Source of the DNA: Terriglobia bacterium
GTDB taxonomy: Bacteria; Acidobacteriota; Terriglobia; 20CM-2-55-15
Direction of reading: 5' to 3'
Assembly (NCBI GenBank): GCA_035315305.1
Contig: DATFXZ010000007.1
Span: 1-49,798 of the forward strand
Length of the DNA: 49,798 nt
Every line of letters begins with the position of its first letter. Within the stretch, counting starts at the first letter, position 1. The notes beneath the pieces were generated by a model. That model made no database searches. It saw nothing but the letters and a program-made list of their open reading frames with translations, and had not been told where the DNA came from. The position numbers and the translations under genes were made by a program. Below are positions 36,941 through 45,209 of this stretch, piece after piece.

Positions 36941-37200
36941 GCCGATAACTCCATCAGGAATGCCGGCTGTTCTCCGAACACTTCATGCACAACCGGTAAA
37001 TCTGTCTGACATCCATGGTCAAGCTCGCGGAGTGATTCAGGCAAATGGTACGCAAATCGTGCAGGCCCTCTCATAGGTGAAGTCCGGAGCTTGCGCGGCC
37101 TCCACCGGATACCGTATACGTGCGACGAAAAGGACGCATCCATGCCGGAGGCCATAATCGAAGCATAGGGAGCGGGATTCGTTACGCTGCATCCGGACAA
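36937..37200 (-). CDS. possible small ORF translationally coupled to the receiver gene
   Basis: Its stop overlaps the receiver ATG as ATGA (36940-36937). TTG start, Arg/Pro-rich, no recognisable family. May be non-coding. Confidence 0.2.
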   Translation of the reverse strand: MSGCSVTNPAPYASIMASGMDASFSSHVYGIRWRPRKLRTSPMRGPARFAYHLPESLRELDHGCQTDLPVVHEVFGEQPAFLMELSA

Positions 37201-37255
37201 CTTCGGATATTGAAGACGAAGTTTACCGGATGCCTTTCACCCGACGCGCCGTGTA

Positions 37256-37700
37256 TCAGGATTCCGAGCTGGGAGGAAAATGCTTGAATGCATCCGAGAC
37301 TATCTTCTGGACTTTCTTCTCCTTCTGCACGTCAATCAGGCTTGAGCCGGTCTTCGTCGAGATAGCACGCCAGACCAGACACTTTGTTTTTCGCGTCCAC
37401 CATATCGATGATGATGGTGCCCTCAACGTACGGTGTCACCGTGACGTTCGGGCCCCAACCCCAGCCGTATCCCCAACCAGCGGCCGGCCAGTAGTTGACG
37501 TCTTGGATAGTCCTGGCACTAACATGAGTGACTAGGTAAATATCCGGATTGTGAACGTCCCTGCGAAGTCCCTTCTCTGCAAGTTTCTCGTTCACGGCTC
37601 CCTGAATCCTCGAGAGAACCAGAGAGTTTGTAACGACGCTACTCTGTGAAGGCTCCTAATGACGTGAATTCGATGATCGCGTCTCGTCGACGGGTTTCCG
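37256..37700 (-). pseudogene. DUF4136-like lipoprotein gene remnant with frameshifts
   Basis: ORF 37332..37595 reads ...VNEKLAEKGLRR...GWGYGWGWG...EGTIIIDMVDAKNK. The expected continuation LVWRAISTKTGSSLIDVQKEKKVQKIVSDAFKHFPP is in the +1 frame, ending at TGA 37256-37258. The shift is at the A-run 37382-37392. No intact N-terminus is found upstream (TAG in frame). Confidence 0.6.
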
Positions 37701-37796
37701 TCCCTCACTTACAACTCGCCTGCGACTGATCCAGATTGGTTGCGTCCAAATTTAATAAGGAATTCCAGCAAAACAAGATAGTGGGAGAAATTGGAT

Positions 37797-38666
37797 ATGG
37801 ACAGAGGATATTCACGACTACAGTGGACTGCCAGAGTAGGTCTAGTATTGCTTGCAGTTTTCAGCATATCCACTATGGGGATGGCGAGACAGGACATACT
37901 CGACAAAACAAAAGACGTCGTCATCGATAAACCAGTCGAGGGAGTGCAGAACGTTTTTGATGATGACAACAACAATACCTATCGCAGCGATAGTCAGTAC
38001 AATTCATGCGGACAATATACATGTCCGAGTAAGGAGGCTCGGGAAAAGCCGACATGCCCGAGCGAGGAGAAAGCCAGCGAATGTCCAGCAATGTGCGAGT
38101 CACAGGGGACTCCCGACAATCCATTACAGGTAACCATCGACGACCTACGGCACCACGGCGAATGCTATTACGGCAAGACTGTAACAACCGAGGGAAAGAT
38201 CGATGACATATATTCGGATAACGCATTCACAATCAAGGGTCACGGCCACGAGGTGCTTGTGCTCAGTGATTCGGGAATGTGTGATTCCGTCGTTCCGTTG
38301 AAGGGCGAGGTCAAGGAAGGAAAACCCGTCCGAGTTACTGCCGTTGTGGAGCCCTATGACGAGTCGAAATTGTGCGCAGCCGGCCTCCAAGGGCTCGAGA
38401 AACACCTTGCAAAAAGCCCTATGCTGGTGATCAAAAAGACAGAAACGGCCAAAGTGGAGGAGCCGATAATCGAGACACCACCTCCGCCGGCACCTATGCC
38501 ACAAGCTGAAGCGGCACCGCCACCGGCACCAGCACCACCAGAAACGGCGGTAGTTATAGAAGAGAAGGCTTTGCCGAAGACGGCCAGTGACATTCCATTA
38601 CTACCTATCGGCGGCCTCTTTGCTCTTGGCGCCGCGTTTACCATCCGTCGTTTTAGGAGTGAGTAA
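37797..38666 (+). CDS. secreted Cys- and Pro-rich protein with LPKTAS + TM + RRFR C-terminal sorting-type signal
   Basis: GGGAG lies 9 nt before ATG 37797; the track ORF starts at TTG 37791. Has a signal/anchor segment VGLVLLAVFSISTMGMA, the Cys cluster CGQYTCPS...CPSEEKASECPAMC, and the Pro-rich linker PPPPAPMPQAEAAPPPAPAPP. The tail is LPKTASDIPLLPIGGLFALGAAFTIRRFRSE. Confidence 0.7.
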   Translation: MDRGYSRLQWTARVGLVLLAVFSISTMGMARQDILDKTKDVVIDKPVEGVQNVFDDDNNNTYRSDSQYNSCGQYTCPSKEAREKPTCPSEEKASECPAMCESQGTPDNPLQVTIDDLRHHGECYYGKTVTTEGKIDDIYSDNAFTIKGHGHEVLVLSDSGMCDSVVPLKGEVKEGKPVRVTAVVEPYDESKLCAAGLQGLEKHLAKSPMLVIKKTETAKVEEPIIETPPPPAPMPQAEAAPPPAPAPPETAVVIEEKALPKTASDIPLLPIGGLFALGAAFTIRRFRSE

Positions 38667-38675
38667 CATTGAGGT

Positions 38676-38707
38676 GCGAACCGTCGTCCTGAAGGAGGGC
38701 GGTTCGC
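38676..38707. terminator. candidate hairpin between convergent genes
   Basis: GCGAACCG (38676-38683) pairs with CGGTTCGC (38700-38707), with a 16-nt loop. Confidence 0.3.
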
Positions 38708-38734
38708 CCGACTGTTCCCACACGTCAAGTGAAG

Positions 38735-39616
38735 TTAGTGTCCACGAAACAGCTTACCGATCGTACGACCAACATGGTCGAATTCCTGCGCTACACTAAA
38801 CCGGATGAGTGACCTGACGCTCTGATCGGTCAAACCCCACCCGACGGATACTCGAAGCGTGGTCTCGCTCGGTAAATTCCACCTGAGCAATGGAGCAAGG
38901 TATTGAGATGTGTTTCGTAATGTGAACTTACCCCATTCGCCCATTCCGCCGTACAATTCAGCTCCGGCCGTCAAGCTTTCCAGACAGAAGGCGCATTGCA
39001 GGCCGCTGTATGTCGACTTCAATGGTCGGCTTACGCCAACGGCGTAACCAAATTCCCATGGGCCTCCATGCACATTCTTGACACCAATGAAATTTTCCGA
39101 CACGTTCCAGGCTTTAATCTGGCTCGAGAGAATGAACTTGGTTTCAAACTCATGCTCGGCCTCCTGACGAGCTACGTCGTTCGGGACCCTGAGGTCCTCT
39201 TTTGAATCAAATCCGACGATTTCCTTGAGGATCTTGTCTGCGCCGTTCAGGTGTTCATACTCTACATACAGAACCGGGTTAACGGCGTGCTCGCCCGTTG
39301 AGAGCCGAAAACGATTTTCAAACCGTACGCCTGTAAACACGCTGCCCTCATGGCGCGTATGCTGCGCGTCCAGGTAGAATTCGGTTGTCCACCAGTTCGT
39401 CGCTCCGTATTCGAACTCTGTCCAGTTTCCCCAGAACGTGTTGATGGTTTTGTCCCTGCCCACGACCGTAGCGTTGGCGATCTCTAAGGCGTCCCGTTCC
39501 TCCATATAGTGGTCATACGTGACAAAGTAGGGGCGTTCGTGCTCTTGTTGGGCCAGAGCTGCCGCAGGAAAGAATCCTAAGACCGTAACGCAGGTGATCA
39601 CGATGTGAGTTTTCAT
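38735..39616 (-). CDS. hypothetical secreted protein, probable outer-membrane beta-barrel
   Basis: Signal peptide MKTHIVITCVTVLGFFPAAALAQQ. Aromatic-rich alternating strands (WTEFEYGATNWWTTEFYL, VLYVEYEH, WEFGYAVGV). No family recognised. Confidence 0.6.
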   Translation of the reverse strand: MKTHIVITCVTVLGFFPAAALAQQEHERPYFVTYDHYMEERDALEIANATVVGRDKTINTFWGNWTEFEYGATNWWTTEFYLDAQHTRHEGSVFTGVRFENRFRLSTGEHAVNPVLYVEYEHLNGADKILKEIVGFDSKEDLRVPNDVARQEAEHEFETKFILSSQIKAWNVSENFIGVKNVHGGPWEFGYAVGVSRPLKSTYSGLQCAFCLESLTAGAELYGGMGEWGKFTLRNTSQYLAPLLRWNLPSETTLRVSVGWGLTDQSVRSLIRFSVAQEFDHVGRTIGKLFRGH

Positions 39617-39732
39617 GATTTTGTACGAAGTCGTTCGGCGTTAGTCCTTCATCGCTGTAGCAAGACATTCACCAACTCCGCGCCCACCAGAGTGTGGCTT
39701 CAAGGATGTCGGTATTTTTACGGTGATGCTTC

Positions 39733-40404
39733 TTATGCTTTGATGATGTGTTCGCGGACGGCGTATCGGACCAGCTCGGCAATGGAGCTAAAGCCAAGTT
39801 TTCGCATGATTGTCGCGCGGTGAGTCTCAACAGTCTTGACGCTGATTCCGAGTGCGTGGGCGGCTTCTTTGTTGGATTTTCCAGTAGCGAGCAATTGAAC
39901 GATTTCACACTCGCGGTACGTCAGTGGGCAGTTTTCGTCCGTTCCTCCATGCGACTTCAGGAAGCTATTGAGTAGGCTTTCGGAGGCTCTTCCCGCAAAG
40001 AAGGGTTTGTTTTCTAAAACGGCGTTGATCGCTTCGATGAGCCTTCTTCCACCTTCCGATTTCAGAATGAATGCACGCGCGCCGGCGACTAGGACTTCAC
40101 GGATGAGATATTCGGCATCGTGCATCGTGAAGATCAGGACCTCGATGTCTGGATTGTCTCTTTTCATCTGCCGGGTGGCTTCCAATCCGTCCATTTCCGC
40201 CATTTCCAAATCCACGACAGCAATGCGAGGACGAACCTGTGCAGCCAACTTCACGGCTTCTCGTCCGGTGGATGCTTCGGCGCACACGTGCCACCCTTCA
40301 TGAGCTTCCAACATCGTGCGCAGGCCCTTGCGGACGACATCGTGATCGTCGGCTAACAGGACGCTAACTGACTGAGGCTTGTTTAGAGCGGATAACTGTT
40401 TCAT
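39733..40404 (-). CDS. NarL/LuxR-family response regulator
   Basis: REC motifs (VLLADDHDVVR, AVVDLEMAEMDG) plus the LuxR HTH LTYRECEIVQLLATGKSNKEAAHALGISVKTVETHRATIMRKLG. Confidence 0.92.
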   Translation of the reverse strand: MKQLSALNKPQSVSVLLADDHDVVRKGLRTMLEAHEGWHVCAEASTGREAVKLAAQVRPRIAVVDLEMAEMDGLEATRQMKRDNPDIEVLIFTMHDAEYLIREVLVAGARAFILKSEGGRRLIEAINAVLENKPFFAGRASESLLNSFLKSHGGTDENCPLTYRECEIVQLLATGKSNKEAAHALGISVKTVETHRATIMRKLGFSSIAELVRYAVREHIIKA

Positions 40405-41539
40405 GGCTATGACTTATTTGAGGAATAGGTACATGAATCGAGAGAAGAACTCCGTCATCTCCCGACCGGATGTGTAAATGCCCGCCCCATCGGCGAACCC
40501 GCTCTCGCATGCTCGGCAGCCCGACACCGAATCTGGACCCATTTTCGGAGTCGACGTTTCTGTCGGGCAACCCTCGGCCGTTATCTCTGATCTGCAATAC
40601 AAACTGATCTGACCGTTTTTTGATCTGAACGCTTGCCGTGCGGCTTCCAGAGTGGCGGACGATGTTTGATAATCCCTCCTGTACGATACGAAAGATGTCA
40701 GTTTCCATCTCCAGCGGCAGTCTACCTAAATCTGGTGATGCGTCGAGACTGATGTCCATGCCCGTCCGTTCTCCGAACTTCTGAATGTACCAGTCAAGTG
40801 ACGGCATGACGCCGTGTCGATCCAAAGCAGGTGGATGCAGGGTATAGGAGAGTGTACGCACTTCCTGCAAACTCTGTTCACACAGATTCTGACACTCATT
40901 CAAGATTTCCATTCCAGAAGGCGCTAAGTCGGTCATCTGCTGCCGCAAGGTCTCGAGATTGATCGTGATGGCGAAAAGGTTTTGTGCTGTTACGTCGTGG
41001 AGTTCGCCGGCAATTCTCCGCCGTTCTTCGTCCTGCAGACTCAGAAGCCGCGAAGAGAGTTGCTGCAGTTGCTGTTCAGCATGTTTCTTTTCGGTCAGGT
41101 CCCGGACGATGGACAGCAATCTGTCATCGCCGCATTTGACGATTCGAGTTTCGAAAAATTTCGTCTCGCCGTGCATCACCAACGTGTATTCCACGGTTTC
41201 CGGTTCGTCCGACGACAGCACCTTTCGGAAGCTGTCCGCAAACAGTTCCGCGAGTTCCGGCGGCATGACCTGTCGCATATTCTTTCCGAGAAATTGCTCG
41301 GGCGGAGCATACAGACCGCTGGGATCTTTAGCGTACCAGTCCAGGTAAGTGCCGTTTTCATCCAACAAAAACATCTTGTCGGGCAGCGCCGTGAGGATCG
41401 CGGTATTCTTCGCTTCGGATTCTTTCAATGCGGCGGCTGCTTTTTCGTGTTCTTTCTTCAGCCTTCGATACCGCGAGCACCCAGCAAGGAAAACCGCGAT
41501 GATGATGGCCTGTGCTGCGCCAAGCGCGACGGCAAGCAT
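40364..41539 (-). CDS. sensor histidine kinase, TM anchor + PAS + HisKA_3 + HATPase_c
   Basis: GGAGG (41551-41547) lies 7 nt before ATG 41539, giving an MLAVALGAAQAIIIAVFLAG anchor. PAS-like NTAILTALPDKMFLLDENGTYLDWY, H-box ELHDVTAQNLFAI, and an HATPase region. The track ORF extends to 41761 and would overlap the upstream gene. Confidence 0.85.
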   Translation of the reverse strand: MLAVALGAAQAIIIAVFLAGCSRYRRLKKEHEKAAAALKESEAKNTAILTALPDKMFLLDENGTYLDWYAKDPSGLYAPPEQFLGKNMRQVMPPELAELFADSFRKVLSSDEPETVEYTLVMHGETKFFETRIVKCGDDRLLSIVRDLTEKKHAEQQLQQLSSRLLSLQDEERRRIAGELHDVTAQNLFAITINLETLRQQMTDLAPSGMEILNECQNLCEQSLQEVRTLSYTLHPPALDRHGVMPSLDWYIQKFGERTGMDISLDASPDLGRLPLEMETDIFRIVQEGLSNIVRHSGSRTASVQIKKRSDQFVLQIRDNGRGLPDRNVDSENGSRFGVGLPSMRERVRRWGGHLHIRSGDDGVLLSIHVPIPQISHSHETVIRSKQASVS

Positions 41540-41651
41540 CGTCGTTCCTCCGGTCCCGTTGAAATACGACAGTCCAGAAAACATTGGCGACGGAACCGCT
41601 ATCCTAACACCTGGCGTGAATAACTTAGAATAGGAATCCAGCATAAAAGGT

Positions 41652-42086
41652 TTAGTACTTACCGGGAGCCATACCCATCGCGGCTTGCTCGCTGCGGACG
41701 AAATACTTTCCATCGCGACTGACCTTTGATACGACAATCTTCTCGATGAGATCCGGTTCATAGGGCTTCTGCACCGTCAAATGGCAGGACAGCCACGGCG
41801 CAACCTTTCTGGCGAAGATTGGATCCGCGCAGGTGATCACGAATGCCCTATCCGGAAAGCGGTCAATGAGTCGGAGGAAAACCGCAGCTGAATGTTGATA
41901 AGGAGGAGCTAGATCAAAGACCACGACACTCGGGCCGCGAGAGGCAATCAGTTCCTCCATTTTCTGCGGTCCATCGGATGGTTCCATGCCACAGCATTGC
42001 AGGTTCTGCTGCAACAGAACGAATGAGACCCATTGAATAACGTCACGGTTCCAAAGAATTAATGCAACGTCTATTTGTACGCTCAT
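41652..42086 (-). CDS. atypical stand-alone receiver-like protein
   Basis: 144 aa with REC-like strand order: ALILWNRD replaces the acidic DD pair, then VVVFDLAPP, FVITCAD and VQKPYEP. Confidence 0.55.
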   Translation of the reverse strand: MSVQIDVALILWNRDVIQWVSFVLLQQNLQCCGMEPSDGPQKMEELIASRGPSVVVFDLAPPYQHSAAVFLRLIDRFPDRAFVITCADPIFARKVAPWLSCHLTVQKPYEPDLIEKIVVSKVSRDGKYFVRSEQAAMGMAPGKY

Positions 42087-42231
42087 GGCGGTCGATAGTG
42101 CCCCGCGCGCCGATAAACATCCATAAGGAGAATTTCGGATAATCCAAAGTAAATCTACCTCTTACGGTAGAAGTTCTTGAGTCCGGGCAGGAAGGATACC
42201 GATCAGTGCGGCAACAACGAATCAGCCGGCA

Positions 42232-42882
42232 CTACACCAGTTTGATGCGAACGGCGTATCGAATAAGCTCGGCAGTTGTCTGGATGCCGAGCTGCCGCAT
42301 GATTTCATATTTGTGCGATTCTGTGGTTCGTGTGGAGATTCCGAGCTGGCTTGCAACTTCCTTCATTGTCTTGCCTTCAGCAAGTAACTGCAAGACTTCA
42401 CGTTGCCGTAGCGTAAGAGTGGTGGTTTCGCCGCCGGTCTGTTGAGGTCCTGCGGTAAGTAGAGTCGAAATGAGGTCGCCTGCAAGCAGGGGCGTGATGT
42501 ACGTGGAGCCTTTGGCGACGCAATGTATCGCCTTCACCAATTCGTCGGCGCTGCAAACTTTCAGGACATAACCCAACGCGCCGGCCCGAAATGCTTCTTC
42601 GACGAGGGGCAGGTCAGAATGCATACTGAGGAAGAGAAGTTTCGAGAAACTCGCTTCCTTTCGAAGGATCCGGGCGGCATCGATGCCGTTCAGGTCCGGC
42701 ATGGAAATATCGGTGACGATGACGTCCGGCCGGTCCTGCTTCGCCATTGCGATCAAGGTGCGGCCGTCTCGCGCAATCCCGACTATGTCGAACTGATTCG
42801 CTAAAAAATTAACCAAAGCGTCGATCAGTACGGTATGGTCGTCAGCTAAAAGAATGCGAGTCCGATTCATATTTTTCCCCAT
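42232..42882 (-). CDS. NarL/LuxR-family response regulator
   Basis: ILLADDHTVLIDAL, VIVTDISMPDLNG, and the LuxR HTH LTLRQREVLQLLAEGKTMKEVASQLGISTRTTESHKYEIMRQLG. Confidence 0.92.
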   Translation of the reverse strand: MGKNMNRTRILLADDHTVLIDALVNFLANQFDIVGIARDGRTLIAMAKQDRPDVIVTDISMPDLNGIDAARILRKEASFSKLLFLSMHSDLPLVEEAFRAGALGYVLKVCSADELVKAIHCVAKGSTYITPLLAGDLISTLLTAGPQQTGGETTTLTLRQREVLQLLAEGKTMKEVASQLGISTRTTESHKYEIMRQLGIQTTAELIRYAVRIKLV

Positions 42883-42982
42883 CCCTTATGACACGCCAAA
42901 GATCGCTCAAAATACACGTGAAGGGAAATCGGGTAAATTATGTATATAGCTATAGGGTTACCGTGTAGGGCACACTAGGTTT

Positions 42983-43645
42983 ATGAGTCGGCACTTTCAT
43001 CGATCTCCACTCAGGATATTGTTGGCCGATGACCATGAACTTCTGCGAAAGGGCGTCCGTACACTGATCGCAGAGCACAGAGGATGGTCCGTCTGTGGCG
43101 AGGCGGCCAACGGCCGGCACGCAGTGAAATTGGCGTTGGCGACAAAGCCTGACGTCGTCGTCCTCGATATCGAAATGCCCGAACTGAACGGTATGGAAGC
43201 CGCCCGAAGCATAAAGCTGTCATTGCCGCAGACCGAGATCCTAATCTACACCATGTACGACACGGAACATATTATACGCAAGGTTCTGCAAGCCGGCGTT
43301 CGAGGATACGTTCTGAAGTCCGAGGAACCGCAGAAACTTGTCGACGCTATTGAGGCTCTTGGGAAACATACGCCATATTTCGGCGGCGCGGTATCTCGCG
43401 CTCTCCTCCATGACCTATTGAAATCAAAGGGCGAGTCGGATGAGCCTTCCTTATTGACGGCCCGCGAACTTCAAATCGTACGACTGCTCGCTGATGGAAA
43501 ATCCAATCGCGATATCGCCTCGCAATTTCGGAAAAGCGTTAAGACCGTTGAGACACACCGAGCCTCCATAATGCGTAAACTCGGCATCAACTCCATTACG
43601 GAACTGGTCCGCTACGCGATCCGTAACAAACTCATACAACCTTAA
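42983..43645 (+). CDS. NarL/LuxR-family response regulator
   Basis: ILLADDHELLRKGV, VVVLDIEMPELNG, and the LuxR HTH LTARELQIVRLLADGKSNRDIASQFRKSVKTVETHRASIMRKLG. Confidence 0.92.
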   Translation: MSRHFHRSPLRILLADDHELLRKGVRTLIAEHRGWSVCGEAANGRHAVKLALATKPDVVVLDIEMPELNGMEAARSIKLSLPQTEILIYTMYDTEHIIRKVLQAGVRGYVLKSEEPQKLVDAIEALGKHTPYFGGAVSRALLHDLLKSKGESDEPSLLTARELQIVRLLADGKSNRDIASQFRKSVKTVETHRASIMRKLGINSITELVRYAIRNKLIQP

Positions 43646-44726
43646 TCCACGATTTCTTGTGCGAGAGCGGGATCGTAACGCGAATTTCCGTACCCGCGCC
43701 GGGCCCGCTTCGTATGTCCAATTGTCCTCGTATGCAAAGGACCCTTTCTTTCATACTGATCAGGCCGAGTCCTGCATTGGGGTTGGTTTCCGAGGGAACA
43801 AACCCGCGACCAGTGTCCGATACCTTCAACCGGACCTCGCGGGGCGTCCGCTCAAGGACTACACTGACGCTCGGAGCGTCTGCGTGTTTCGCAATGTTGT
43901 GCAGGCACTCTTGTGAAACACGAAAAATGCAAAGTCCGACTTCGTCGGGAAGCGATGGCAAATCTGCCGGAACCACAACATCTATTTGAATACCTTGCGT
44001 TCTTTCGAACTCTTCACACAGGGCTTTCAGAGCAGCGCAAATTCCTGCGTGCTTCAATAGCGGAGGATGAAGGCAGTGTGAAAGATTGCGTAAAGCGTTT
44101 GAGAGATCGGTGATGTTATCGATAATTTGGTTCAAAGCGTCCATTCGCGGACCCGAGTGCCGCGTCCGTTGATTCATAATGCGGCGAACGGAGAAGGACA
44201 GCAGGGCGATCCGGTTCCCGAGGTCATCGTGTATCTCGCGCGCGATTCTCTCGCGTTCTTCTTCTTGTGCATTGATGAGGCATCTTGCGAACTTCTGCAG
44301 CCTCTTTAGGCTTTTCTCCTTTGAAAGCCGCAGTTCGGTGATATCTGTATGAGCAATAACGAACCGGGGCCCTTCACAACGTATTGGCGTCACTCCCATG
44401 CGGAAATAGCGTAGGCCTGATCTTAATTCACACGAGTAATCCATTGTGAAGGACTGCAGTTTTCCTTTAAGGACCGAGCGTATTCCGCCGAAAGCTTCTC
44501 GAGCATCCGGACAGGAAGAACTCGCCTGGCGGCATACGTCCAGATAATTCACTCCGATTCCGACGCGGTCCAATGCCACGCCGGTCTGTTCGGCAAGAGC
44601 CAGCCACTTGTTGTTGACCCCAACGATATATCCGTCCGGATCAATCAATGCGATTCGATCGTCCGAGTCGGAGGCATAAGCGGGGATTTCCGGAATCATC
44701 ACTGGACGAGTGATTGCGATGGTCAT
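43632..44726 (-). CDS. cytoplasmic sensor histidine kinase, PAS + HisKA_3 + HATPase_c
   Basis: No TM segment. PAS-like IALIDPDGYIVGVNNKWLALAE, H-box EIHDDLGNRIALLSF, and HATPase motifs ECLHNIAKHADA, DTGRGF, GLGLISMKERV. Confidence 0.88.
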   Translation of the reverse strand: MTIAITRPVMIPEIPAYASDSDDRIALIDPDGYIVGVNNKWLALAEQTGVALDRVGIGVNYLDVCRQASSSCPDAREAFGGIRSVLKGKLQSFTMDYSCELRSGLRYFRMGVTPIRCEGPRFVIAHTDITELRLSKEKSLKRLQKFARCLINAQEEERERIAREIHDDLGNRIALLSFSVRRIMNQRTRHSGPRMDALNQIIDNITDLSNALRNLSHCLHPPLLKHAGICAALKALCEEFERTQGIQIDVVVPADLPSLPDEVGLCIFRVSQECLHNIAKHADAPSVSVVLERTPREVRLKVSDTGRGFVPSETNPNAGLGLISMKERVLCIRGQLDIRSGPGAGTEIRVTIPLSHKKSWIKVV

Positions 44727-45209
44727 ACTGAGGTTTCCCTTTCTGACGTTGCGCAGGTGTCAATGAACACGGCGTATCGAGCCATGCGCTGAAATTTGAT
44801 CAGTTGTTGTTGCTGCGTCAGACGTGTCCTTCGTCCGGATAATCTGTCGAACACGATCTAGTTGTTTTTTTTGGGCGCTTAGTATACGGCAATTTTCAAA
44901 CGTCGCCAATCCGTAGAATTTCCGCCTACAGATCCGCTGGCTTTTTGCCGAAGTTGGGGCTGGTGGTCGCCCTTCGAGGTGCCCACAGTACGACGGGAGA
45001 GGAGGAAGTAAGGACATCGACAGTATCCCGTCGATTGGAGGTAAGGGCGACCACAAGTTGTGATCGACATCTTCAGGGAAAGTGCTCGAACATTCTGTCA
45101 CGGTCCTTTCGCGTCCGTTGTGCCGATTTGCCAAGCATGCGATTGTCCGTCATTCGTGGTTACTGAAAAACCAGTAAACTGGCGCGGACGTGCGCGTAGT
45201 TTTACGTAT

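Noticed and set aside
41540-41761. Long version of the kinase ORF starting at 41761
   Set aside because: It would overlap the upstream REC-like gene by 110 bp. ATG 41539 has a GGAGG at ideal spacing and begins exactly at the TM anchor. ATG 41644 remains an alternative.
44760-45134. 124-aa ORF between RR 45210 and kinase 43632
   Set aside because: It contains many rare codons (ATA, CTA, TTA, AGG) compared with neighbouring genes. It has no motif, and it spans a perfect nested palindrome. I treated it as probably non-coding, without certainty.
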